From assembly GCA_036785375.1 (NCBI GenBank), contig JAWMAR010000030.1, positions 6,882,001 to 6,946,000 of the forward strand: a DNA stretch of 64,000 nt. Direction: 5' to 3'. The translations under genes were made by a program, and so were the position numbers. Positions 13,375 through 24,870 of this stretch are shown here, piece by piece. Position 1 is the stretch's first letter, and each line of letters starts with the position of its first letter. Source of the DNA: Leucoraja ocellata (Eukaryota). The notes beneath the pieces are model-generated. The model saw only the letters and a program-made list of their open reading frames with translations, did not search any database and was not told the DNA's origin.

Positions 13375-14230
13375 TTGTAGAAACATGGAACGGCAAATGT
13401 TGGTTTACAAAAAAAGAGACACAAAGTTCAGGAGCCACTCAGTTATCTCTGGGGAACATAGGTCACATTTTGGGTTGGGACTGTTCTTCAGAATGATTGT
13501 GGGGGGACGGTGGGGCGGAAGAAAGCTGGAAGAGAGGGGCAAGACAGCATGTGGCAAGTAATGGGTGCACACAGGTGAGGGAAAGGGGTTTATAGGGCCA
13601 GAGATACATAAAAGATGTAAAATAAAACAATTGAAGTGTTGCAAATTGTGAAGCCAAAGGAAGGAATGTAGGTGATGGGGAAATGGAAAAATCGGTGCAA
13701 GTCCAGGTGCAGCACAGGAGTGGGGTGGGTGGAAGAAAGATGGTGGGGGGGAAGAGGGGGGTTTGTTGGAGATTAACTAAAATTGGAGATTTGTATGTTC
13801 ATACCGTCGGGATTGTAAGCTATCCAAGGGGAATATGAGGTGCTGTGCCTTCAGTTTGCATATGGACTCACACTGGCTCGGGACAAAAAAGTAAGTATGA
13901 AGTTAGAGAAGGTGCACATGAACCTCTGGCACACATGGAAGGACAGCTGGGGTCCCTGCATGGAAGCGAGGGAGCAGGTAAAGGGACAGGTGTTACATCT
14001 TCTGCGGTTGCAGGGGATGGTACCTGGGGATGGGGTGGTTTGGGTGGGAAGTGATGAGTGAACCAAGGATTTGCAGAGCGTGTAGTCTCTGTGGAAGGCA
14101 GAAAGGGATGGAGAAGGAAGATGTGACTGGTGCTGAGATCACGTTGGAAGAAACAGTAATGTCGGAGGATTATGTGCCTGATGCGGAGGTTGGTGGGATG
14201 AAAGATGAGGGCAGAGACACAGGAATTGAG
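13375..14230 (-). mobile_element. Penelope-like element 3' part (Cys-rich linker preceding the GIY-YIG region) plus pLTR
   Basis: ORF 13851-14066: PGTIPCNRRRCNTCPFTCSL..QGPQLSFHVCQRFMCTFSN. Terminal sequence at 13375-13490 is homologous to the fold-back repeats. Confidence 0.85.
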
Positions 14231-14762
14231 CCATCTCTTGGAATCAGAAAGTTGTGCACTTTAGTGATATCAGAGAATTGATGACCAATCTAGTTGGATA
14301 TTTTGTGAGAATTCGGTACTGATGCGGGGGTTTCAATTGTGAATGGATTATGAAGATAACGGTCTCATCCTTCATTGTGGATATTATTGAAAGATTCACT
14401 AATCAACAATTTCCTCCATCACACTTCAATACGATAAATATAGGTTATGAAATGTGCTAACAAAATCCATTTATTTTTGTTTGTTTTGTTCTATAATGTA
14501 AAGTTAATAATCAGAATGTCACTTCCTCCATGCACAATGATTTATCTGTCTGTGCCACTGCAGTAGATACAAGGATGAAAATGCTGTTTGATCAGCAGTT
14601 CTTTGTATGACTCATGTATTTTATATAAATCACAGATATTTACAGCAGCTATACTGCAGTAGCCTGATTATATATTAAACAACAAATTCAATATATATTA
14701 GACATAAGCAAAGGGCTTTTTCTGTCTTTATTGTTCAAACAAGGAGTGTACCTTCTTTGATA

Positions 14763-15943
14763 CAGTGCCCTCCATAATGTTTGGGACAAAGACTCATAAT
14801 TCTTTTAATTTGCCTCTGTACTCCACAATTTGAGATAATAGAAAAAAATCACATGTGGTTAAAGTGCACATTGTCAGATTTTAATAAAGGCCATTTTTAC
14901 ACATTTCGGTTTCACCATGTAGAAATTACAGCAGTGTTTATACATAGTCCCCCCATTTCAGCGCACGAAAGTGTTTGGGACACAGCAATATCATGTACAT
15001 TAAAGTAGTCATGTTTAGTATTTTATTGCGTATCCTTTGCATGCAAATGACTGCTTGAAGTCTGCCTGAAGCATGAACATCACCAGTTGCTGGGTGTCTT
15101 CTCTGGTGATGCTCTGCCAGGCCTGTATTGAAACATCTTTAGCTTATGCTGTGTTTAAGAAGGAACTGCAGATGCTGGAGAATCGAAGGTTACACAAAAA
15201 AGCTGGAGAAACTCAGCGGGTGCAGCAGCATCTATGGAGCGAAGGAAATAGGCAATGTTTCGGGCCGAAACCCATCTTCAGACTGAAGAAGGGTTTCGGC
15301 CCGAAACGTTGCCTATTTCCTTCGCTCCATAGATGCTGCTGCACCCGCTGAGTTTCTCCAGCTTTTTTGTGTAACCTTTAGCTTATGCTTGTTTTTGGGG
15401 CTAGTCCCCTTCAGTTTTCTATTTTCAGCATATAAAAGGCATGCTCAATTGGGTTCAGATCAGGTGATTGACTTGGTCACACAAGAATTGACCATTTATT
15501 TAGTTTTGAAAAACTCCTTTGTTACTTCAGCAGTATGTTTGGGATAATTGTCTTGCTGTAGAATGAGCAGTCGCCAAACGAGTTTTGAGGCATTTGTTTA
15601 AACTTGAGCATATAGGATATGTCTATACATTTCAGAATTCATTATGCAACTACCATCAGCAGTTGTATCATCAATGAAGATAAGTGAGCCAGTACCTACA
15701 GCAGCCATACATACCCAGATCATTACACCCCTGTCACCGTGTTTCACAGATGAGGTGGTATGCTTTGGTACAGCTGTAATTTCTACATGGTGAAACCAAA
15801 ATGTATAAAAATACCCTTTAAGAAAATCTGGCAATGTGTACTTTAACCACAAGTGATTTTTCTATTACAAATCTCAAATTGTGGAGTACTGGGGCAAATA
15901 AATAAATGATGGGTCTTTGTCCCAAACATTATAGAGGGCACTG
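14763..15943 (-). mobile_element. Tc1/mariner transposon, internally deleted, with long TIRs and TA target duplication
   Basis: TA|cagtgccctccataatgtttgggacaaagac ... gtctttgtcccaaacattatagagggcactg|TA, with inverted repeats of about 170 bp. Transposase remnants VKHGDRGVMIWVCMAAVGTGSLIFID..MNS..Y..IL and PSQSPDLNPIEH. Confidence 0.93.
15151..15375. mobile_element. Near-perfect fold-back Penelope-end element nested in the Tc1, 14-bp duplication
   Basis: About 95-bp inverted arms centred on tcttcagactgaaga; ctttagcttatgct at 15137-15150 and 15376-15389. Confidence 0.9.
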
Positions 15944-16363
15944 TATATCATGACCTGCTCAGTCTGTGTGGAACATGATGTCAAACTAAACAAATCCTTT
16001 CTGCCTGCATGTGATCTATATCCCATTTCTCACATCCATGTGCCCATCTAAAAGCCTTTTAAACAACACTATCATCTTGCTTCCATTATTAATTCTGTTG
16101 AAATTTTTATGAACATGTAGAGTTACTTATTAGTTTGTAATTATTAGACTAGCAGATTTTTTCTCCCGTAGTTTTTCTTTTAATCTCTCTCCTGCGCTGT
16201 TTCTCCAATCATTTTTCTGAAAACTCAACAGTTAGGTTCAGATATTTAATATTGCTGCACTGATGGCTGTGCTTTCGTTTGGCTGCAAGCTGCAAAACAA
16301 CATTTATACCATGGCTGTCTGTTTTGGTTTGTAACCTCTTTGCTCTGGTTTCAATGGAGTTGT

Positions 16364-16569
16364 AGATGGACACAAAATGCGGGAGGGACAGGCAGCAGTT
16401 CTAGATGGAAGGAATGGGTGATGTTTTAGGTCGAGACCTTTCTTCAGACTGATCTCGACCCGAAACGTCACCCATTCTTTCTATCCAGAGATGCAGCCTG
16501 TCCCGCTGAATTACTCCAGCATTTTGGGTCTATCTACAATGTAAAATAGCATCTGCAGTTCTTTCCTAC
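16364..16569. mobile_element. Fold-back Penelope-end element
   Basis: Inverted arms around ttcttcagactgatctcgacccgaaacgtcaccc; ends gcatctgcagttctttcctac. Confidence 0.8.
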
Positions 16570-16984
16570 TTATTTTAATGGAGTTATGATGACCAGGTTG
16601 TTGGAAGTTTCATCAGTTGCAGAAAAATGTTAAACATCAAAATATTTAAGACCCTAACAGAATTTGAATCAAGTTTTACATTTTTCAAAATTAATTTCAC
16701 TCCATTACATTATAAGCTGCAGAAAACCGAATTGTCTTCCCATAATGATCTTATAATTTCACTGTGTTCTTTCTCGATTTTTAACATTCTCTCTTGTTCT
16801 CTCTCATGCGATTTCATTTAATGCCTAGCTTTCCTCAAGTGCTTCTTTTATCCCAGAACTAATCTAGATATCCACGCTCTGTGAGCATTTTAGTTTGGAA
16901 GTCTACAAGTAGTGGCCCCAACTAATAGACTAGTGGAATGATCATGCTGTCTCCATAGCATAGATGCCTCTTGCACTGAAGTAG

Positions 16985-17620
16985 AGGTTAGTGCCCGTGA
17001 GATTCAGAGGAAATAGGATCCAAAATTAGTTTGGCAATCGGAGGTAGAGGTGATTATGAAGAGTTCTCTTAGTGGTTGGAAGCCTGATACCCACAGTGCA
17101 GCACATGAATGAGTGCTGGGACACTTACTGTCTGTTTAACATTAACAAATCAACTTGAATGTAATAGGTAAACTTGCAGTTGACACAAAAAAGGTTATTG
17201 AATGTTAGGACAATCGCAGTTTACAGGTTGACATTGATCAGGAGGTAAAATGGCAATGCAACAGCAGATATAATTTAATTGTGTCAAGTGTGAAGATGAT
17301 GCATGTGAGAAATAATAAAAGGAGGACAGACACAATGAGTGGCTGGGATTTAGGGGATATTGAAGAACAGAGAGACTTGTGTAAAGTCTAAGCCTAAGGA
17401 TCTCTAAAAATGATAGGTAGTAAAATAGACGTACATGACACTCACATCGAAAATACAAACACGTAGACTATAATAGAATTTTACAAATCATTAATTACAT
17501 TAACAGCAATTAAGGCAAAGGAAATATTTGTTTTATTACAGAGGCCTTGGTGAGATTACTTTTTAAGGAAGGAGATTGCTTTAGAGGAGGAGTGAGGGGT
17601 TACTCAATTTATTAATTTGA
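16985..17620 (+). mobile_element. Highly decayed CR1-like RT region
   Basis: tggatccaaaat..ggca..agagtg, gtgctgggacacttactgt, aaacttgcagttgacacaaaa (KFADDTK-like) and tttaat..aagtgtgaag remnants. Confidence 0.55.
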
Positions 17621-20593
17621 TTGTCCCAGCCCTTTTACAGTATATATTTTGAAGAAGGATATTTCAATCTGAAATATTCTCCTTCCACAGATGATGTCTC
17701 TTTTGCGGAATGTTTCTATCATTTTCTGGTATTATTCCAGAGTACAGCATCTGCAGTTTGTTGATTTTGTTTATTTTATCACCATGCTAATATGTTAAAA
17801 AAATGGTCTGAGAAATCATTATCTTCATAACACTTAATTACTTGTCAGAATGCCTATTTTATGAAAGAAAGTAGAGAAGCCATTTTGCAAAAGATATGAC
17901 AATGAGATGATGGGTCTCCTAGTAGGTTTGGACTTTTTTTATCCCACATTCCAAATGTTATACCCAACTCAAATTGTAGGCACAATTTTCAAAATTAAAT
18001 CATAATGCAGAGCTTATTCAACAGTCACATACTCGGAACTATAGGCAGACAACTTCAGCAAGACATGTATTGACCTCCAAATTTACCAACAATGATCAGA
18101 AGTTCCAGCCAGCATGTAATTGGATAGAATGGAGCATTTTTTAATATTTCTTTTTAAATAAATCTGACTGGAAGAATTGTCTGTATTTCACAGACAAGGT
18201 TAACCCAAGGATGTAATGACCATCATGCGTTCTCTCCACAAAGACTCTGTAGTCTGACTGCCTCTGGTCTTTCTAGAGGCTGTAAACAATTTATCCAGGT
18301 TTTGATAGGGCCGAAGTCTTCCTCATCACAACTTCTCCATGATAATCAATGTCATGGGATTAATTGAATTAGAGTGCACAGCTTTATTAGAAAGAGACTT
18401 GATTTGGAAGGGACAAACGATCGCCATAGCGTCAATTTATTGTATTATAAAAAAGGAAGAGGGGGTGGGGGGAAATGGTCTGGGACAAAACTAGACTGGT
18501 TGCAGAGAAACTAATAAGAGATTAGATTAATCAGTACATACACGGCCTATTACTCTGCTTGATCGCCCGGGTGAGTTGCTTTCGGAATAGGACTTAATTA
18601 TTGGGAGCTGGAGTAACAGTTAAGAATTAAGAGCTGTGCAACACCATCAAAACACAAATGCTGTAACGGCGCACAGCACTTTATTATGGTGTGCAGTATT
18701 TTCAAGCAACATTATATTGTGTAACTACAGTGTCTTACGTTGTTTATAATGTTTACATTATGGTAGTTGTGGTTTTGTTAGCTTCAACACAATAGAAGTT
18801 GTGCTGCCGCATGAGTTTTGATGGCGCTTTATTCCACCCTGATGGATTAAATAATGAACACAGGTAGCAGGTGTCAGCGAGACATACCCAAAGGACAACA
18901 GCAAATTTAAGCAGGTTGGAGAGGTGTCAAAAAGTTCCCATTTCTGTGCTAAAGTACTTACTTCCTGCCATGGTTGCATTTATTCTTTTCTATAGAATGA
19001 CAAAATTCTGAAATTTAAAGTACAAATGTACAAAAATGGGTGATTTAAGGAACTGCGCCAAAATAACTGAAAAAATGGGCTGAGATTTTTCAAACTTTAT
19101 AGTAGATTTTATGCTCAACATAGTAAATCACTTTTTTTTTTAAGTATATGTAAAAGAAATTCATGCTAAAACCAAATTCCCTTGGTTCATAAGGTGCGAT
19201 GGGAGATTCAAACAAAAAGCTATGACACCTGAAGAACATTTCACAACAAAGAACTGGTATAAAAACCAGGTCTTTTACCCTGGACAGTAGGTATCCAAGG
19301 GATGATTTCATAGAATTATGTATTTGAAACAGTTTGATTTCTATTACTGGCATCATAAATAATATCAGTAATTATGTGGGAGCTACGCACCACTTAGCCA
19401 TTCGGCCTTGTTGGTGAATGCATTGACGAGGCAAGGATTGCTGTATCCTCTAGTCCTCAGATCTGCTTTGCCCATCGAGACAGATTAATCTGCTTGTGAA
19501 AGAATGTTTTTATATAACTGGCCATTCTCTGCACTTCCTGAGTGAATCTCAACATCATTTGAATGCTTGGGTCATCCACCACCTTAAATGTACCTTTCCT
19601 TCACCATCAATTATCTGTGTTAATAAGCATTCTACTATTTATCCCTTTTATAGTTAGTTATGTAGGCTCGCATCATTGAAGGATAGTACCTTACACAACT
19701 GCTGGAGGCCAATACTTTTTTGTAGATAAAAAGGTACCATATAAACATACATGTCTGGAAAACAAAATAATAATATTCAACTTTCTGGAGGTGCTGTTCT
19801 GTGGTACATTGCGTACCATCACACACAAAAACCAGCACCGCTGATGGAAACTTACACTCCAATACTTATTTTTACCCCCAAAAAAATGCGTTCATTTCCC
19901 CAGATGAGGGTGGTCCTGATTAGGCCAGCATTTGTGTATCTACTCTAACTCCCATGAGAGTGTAATCGTGAGCTGCTGCCTTGAACTACTACAATCCTGA
20001 TAAAAGGTCCAACCACAAATTGTTAGTTTGGAGATTTTGGACCAAAACCGAGCAACAATGTAAGAATGGCGATAAATTTCCAAGAGAAAGTTATGTGCAG
20101 CTTGAAGGGGGAACCTGTGGTGGCATTCTTATGCCACTGACACCCATATCTTTCTTGATGTTGGAAGTGTTGGGTTTGGGACCATATTTATCTCAGCTTA
20201 TCTAGCTCAGCCTAGATAAATACCTGCACTGCATTTTGTAGATTGTACACAATGTAGCTATTATGCTTCAGTGAAGGAAACAAATGATCAGGAAACAAAT
20301 GCTCAGCATGCCCATCAAGTGGGATGTTTAATATTGAATCCCATTGATTTATTCATGCAAGTGCAGAGTACTCTGGTATATGCTTGAAATATGCTTTGCA
20401 GGTGGTGGAACATTTTTATGATATCAGAAGTGAATCGCCTGCCCCAAGATATCCAGCCTTTGACCTGTTCTATCTCCAGAGTATTTACCTGGCTGGTCAG
20501 TGGTCATTTCAAGGATTTAATGGCATGGACTCGACAATTGTTATAATTTGCTTCCATGGATGACAAAGAAACAAAATTCTATAGCTAACTGAC

Positions 20594-20608
20594 CTTAACA
20601 GCTGGTAA
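20594..20608 (-). CDS. ccser2: Candidate 15-nt ccser2 microexon (TTACCAGCTGTTAAG)
   Basis: tgcattttctccttctatccttttattttttcAG|TTACCAGCTGTTAAG|GTCAGT: about 30-nt pyrimidine tract, AAG|GTCAGT donor, 3n length, same strand as the gene. No transcript evidence. Confidence 0.55.
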
Positions 20609-22427
20609 CTGAAAAAATAAAAGGATAGAAGGAGAAAATGCACCAGAGATATCAGACAAATGGATGCCAGTCGGACTAACTCAGGAGAGAAGCAACATGA
20701 ATAATGCAGAATATACATAATCATGATCTCAACTAAGAAACTACAGAGAAAGGACAGAAACACTTAATAGTGTGGTTATGCTACGTTATGGCAGATGTGC
20801 ATCGCAGTAAATTTCAAATTATTTGAAACAAACAAACTCAGTAATTATATGTATTTCTAGGTCGAAAGTGTGCACAACAATGATGAATTTCAGCTGCGAG
20901 GGAAGGCACTGACCAAGCAGAAAAAAATCTCCTTAGTTACAAATATTGAAGAAGTCATCAACAAAATATGAGAGTGAGCAGAAATTATTTTAGCTAACCA
21001 ATTTAAACTATTAGCTTGACAATCTCTGCAATATAAGATGGAAGGACATGGAACAACCAATAATAACCATCTCAATTTTTCCTGGAGTCAATGGATTATC
21101 GCGTGGCATGCTTCATACCCATTGCATGTAATGCTCATTATAGCACCAACCTTGCAATGTTATCCTTTTAATTAAGTTAACAAGGAGTCCAGGTCATGTT
21201 CATCTGATCAGTGCCATGGAAGATTATACAAAATCCATATTTAACAATATTGCAAGCCCTCATGCAAAAAATAGTCCTTATCATGGATTCATAAGTGGAG
21301 TGAAAAAACTAGAATATACATACTGTGCCTAATGTATATTTTATGCACTGCGGTACAGTAATGTGTTGAGATTGTGCAGATTTTGTAAACTGCAGGATCA
21401 TTAAAGTAATGGTAACATTTTATACATTCCTGACTGTCCCATTCTTTACAACATCAATAATCTTGATGGCTATTTACTATTGAACCCATTTGTTGCCAGT
21501 GCTTCAATGAACAGTAACCTTGAGATTTATTAGAGTTGAGACCTTGCAGAGAGCATCTTAAGTTTATACACTAGATAAACTGACAGCCCATTTCTCAATT
21601 CATCAGTTAGGTTATTTTGTTGCTAAAGATGTCAAAGCCTCATACTGTGCTCTGTTCTTCAACTGCTCAATAACTTTTCAATCACAGTGGAGGAAACCTC
21701 AAAGACAGTACTCTATTACACATGTTAATGACCATTTACTTATCTCACTGCACAATGTATTTACCAAGTTCTAAAACTGTCACTAACACTGAACTTATTG
21801 AGGATTCATTAAAGTTTTCCTTAACTTAGAAGATTCAAATTCATTTATAATTAACAATGCGAGTGCCTTGCATATCTTTTGCAGGGCTTAAAATGCAACC
21901 AGTGAACCATGCACTTTTACCAAATAAATTGTAAGTGCTCCCCAGATAAGTATAACCCTATAACGAATCATACATCATATACATATCTTATATCAAGCAT
22001 GCCTAGGAATGTTCATAAACAATTTAAGTCAAAAGAATTGAAGAATTGGATGCAGTTAGTTGCATGAGTAAAAGTAGCTAAGTGCTTACTTGTCTTAAAG
22101 CTGAAAATATTTTTTTTTTGTATGAAGAGATAATTCCTCCCGATTTCAAGGGAATTGTATGGTTTCAATAGAATAACTTGCAACATATGGCATGATGACA
22201 TTGTTAGCAAAGACTTATACTAAATGACTTTTTTGAAAGAACTAATAACAAAACATCAATCAATTTTTGAGAAGCAAGAACACAATGTGAAAGTTGGATT
22301 TGTTTTTTTTTTATATATAGAAACCTACATAAGAGTGCCAGATCTTTAACTATGTCAAAGTAAGAGAGATTTCATGCTGTATCTCTGGCAGTGCTGTGTA
22401 AGTCTGACTGTAGAGTGTTACACTCAC

Positions 22428-22512
22428 TCTGTCGGCGATGCTGCTGGACAGGACCTGGGTTGCCATGGAACGTGGCCTGCAAGGGAGAGGAGGATGGAGC
22501 AGAAGGCCCAGC
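22428..22512 (-). CDS. ccser2: CCSER2 85-nt (3n+1) cassette exon, with an internal alternative acceptor giving a 49-nt form (22428-22476)
   Basis: Long pyrimidine tract ...ccttttctcctgcacAG|exon|GTGAGT; translates AGPSAPSSSPLQATFHGNPGPVQQHRRQ, similar to recalled human GGYSAPSFSPWQGSFQGIPRTVPPHRRQ. A second acceptor, cctcctctcccttgcAG, lies 36 nt inside. Confidence 0.85.
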
Positions 22513-23639
22513 CTGTGCAGGAGAAAAGGAGTGGGGGAGGGAAGAAGGTGAAAACAAAAAAAAAGAAACAAACACACATTATGTCAGGAAAAGCTGCATC
22601 AATTGGACAGAATCAGACACAAAGTGAAAGCAGAAATGGGACTCCCAAGAACTAGTCAGACAGCTTGCAAACGTCTAGAATTTCTAGCAGATCTGCTTTG
22701 ATCATTTACATCAAAACATACTGTGGAGGAATCAGTTATCACATTATTTTTTAACGTTGTTGTATGTCACTCTATCAGGATAGTCTTTATATAAAGTAGA
22801 AGCAACAATAATATTCCCTCCCCACAACATAATTGTGCAATGTCAAAACTTGTACCTTAGAATTCACTTTATGAGCAAATAATCGGGATGAAGTGATGGT
22901 ACTCTTTACTGATTTTGAAGATAGCTACCTGAAAAGATCTGATGATCTCAATGGCCTGTATTTATCTAATGCCAGGTCCAATCAATTACTGGCATCTGAA
23001 TCTAGGTATCTAACAACAGTGATGTTGTCATATTAACTAATCATTCACACTGAATTTTCAGACAGTAATACAAAAATAAAAAGCACCATTTTTAATGCAT
23101 CTTAAATAGTTTGCTGTTAATATTCAAACATATAGATTTTTTCAGAAGCTGAAACTACCTAAACAACCGGTCGAACTATTGAAATATACAATTAAACAAA
23201 TTTAAATATGTATATAGAGAATTAATTATTTTATGTCCAGAATATTTTCTACAATATTGCTGATATAGGTTGTTAAAATACTATAAGACCTTATGAGGAA
23301 AATCACCACATTTTTAGGATATTTTAGTGATATCAGTTTATAAATGCATCATTATTGTCAATTCATAGAGTTTGGGAGATGACAATGAAAGGTTGTATAC
23401 GATGACAGGGGAACCGATGACAGCAAACTGCGGATTTCCAAGTTATTCGGTTCTTGAGTGAATTTCTGAAAATGCCATGTTCCATAGTGCAAGGACAACA
23501 AATTATAACAAATATTCTGTGATACAACTGTAGAAACTAGAACAATAAAAACTGAAAAAGCATCAAGCTACTGATTCTCAACAATTATTAGGGAAGACCT
23601 TCAATCCGTTTCAGCACATACAAAATACCAAACTCTATT

Positions 23640-23826
23640 TGTTTAAGAAGGAACTGCAGATGCTGGAAAATCGAAGATACACAAAAAAGCTGGAGAAACT
23701 CAGCGGGTGCAGCAGCATCTATGGAGCGAAGGAAACAGGCAACGTTTCGGGCCGAAACGTTGCCTATTTCCTTCGCTCCATAGATGCTGCTGCACCCGCT
23801 GAGTTTCTCCAGCTTTTTTGTGTACC
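23640..23826. mobile_element. Fold-back Penelope-end element
   Basis: Palindrome centred on aacgtttcgggccgaaacgtt; arms near-identical to the 15151 copy. Confidence 0.9.
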
Positions 23827-24314
23827 ACTGAACTTTATTTTATCCTTTCAGCATCTTTGATGTCCTGTGTTCTGATCTCAGTCGCTTCCTGACACTATGA
23901 CCAAGCTGCAGTTCAACCTTTGCATTAAGAAATACTCCCTGCTTTATATGTTGAATTGCCCATAGACGCAGAGCATGAGATTTAACCACAATCACAAATT
24001 CATAATAAATCGTTGCATGAGACGCTGTCTTTCTGCACTTTTTCCCACCCTGTACAACATGTTTATAATCCTAGGATTCATTTCACCTTCTACATTATAT
24101 AATCATGTCCAAAAAACTCTTCTCAATATTGTGATTTGCTCTATTCCTGGTGATGAATAAGATGTGACCAGACAGATCTAGAGACTCAAAGACATTAGTT
24201 GTTTAGCCATTCTTCTTATTGCTCCTCTTCAAGTCATTCTCTAGCCTGAGAGGATATACAGGCATCTTGCGGGCATAGACTTGGGTTAGTGCCAGTTTGT
24301 CAACAACCACAGAA

Positions 24315-24870
24315 TAGGTCTCGACCCCAAATGTCACCTATGCATGTTCGCCAGAGATGTTGCCTGGCCCACTAAGTTACTCCAGAACTTTGTTTATTTT
24401 CCTTGTAAATCTGCATCTTCAATTCCTTCTGTAAACAGCTCAGTCAGCATTAATGGTGCTGAACTGGAGATGGTTGTGACCTTCAAGCTCCTGGTGGTAA
24501 AAATCACCAATAATTTGTCCTGGTCCAACCACATTAATGCTGCTGTCAAGAAAACACACCAATGCCTCTACTTCCTCAGAAGACCAAGGGAGTTTTACAG
24601 GTCTCCAATGAGTCTTGCCAACCTCTACGGATGCACCATAGAGAGCATCCTGTCGGGATGCAATACTGTTTCATTTGGCAACTGCCCTGCAGAAGACCAC
24701 AATAAATTGTAGAGAGTTGTGGATGTAGCCAGTCCCTCACACCAACTAGTCTTCCCTCCACTGAATCCATCTACACTTCACGTTGCCTCGGAAAAGAAGC
24801 CAACATAATCAAGGACCATTTACACACCAGTTATTCCATCTTCTCCCCTCTCTCTTTAGGCAGAAGATGT
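24315..24870 (+). mobile_element. Rex1/Babar-like LINE RT C-terminal fragment preceded by a Penelope-end remnant
   Basis: ORF 24344-24712: FKLLVVKITNNLSWSNHINAAVKKTHQCLYFLRR..LANLYGCTIESILSGC.TV.FGNC. Confidence 0.85.

Noticed and set aside
15073-15351. Recurrent ORFs beginning FKKELQMLENRR (also 23639, 46938, 52118)
   Set aside because: Translations of the non-coding palindromic repeat.
19380-19410. tRNA D-arm-like GGCCGAATGGCTAAG on the minus strand
   Set aside because: No B box, T arm or acceptor stem.
22374-22655. Plus-strand ORFs over the 22.4-kb exon
   Set aside because: Antisense shadows; splice signals and homology are on the minus strand.
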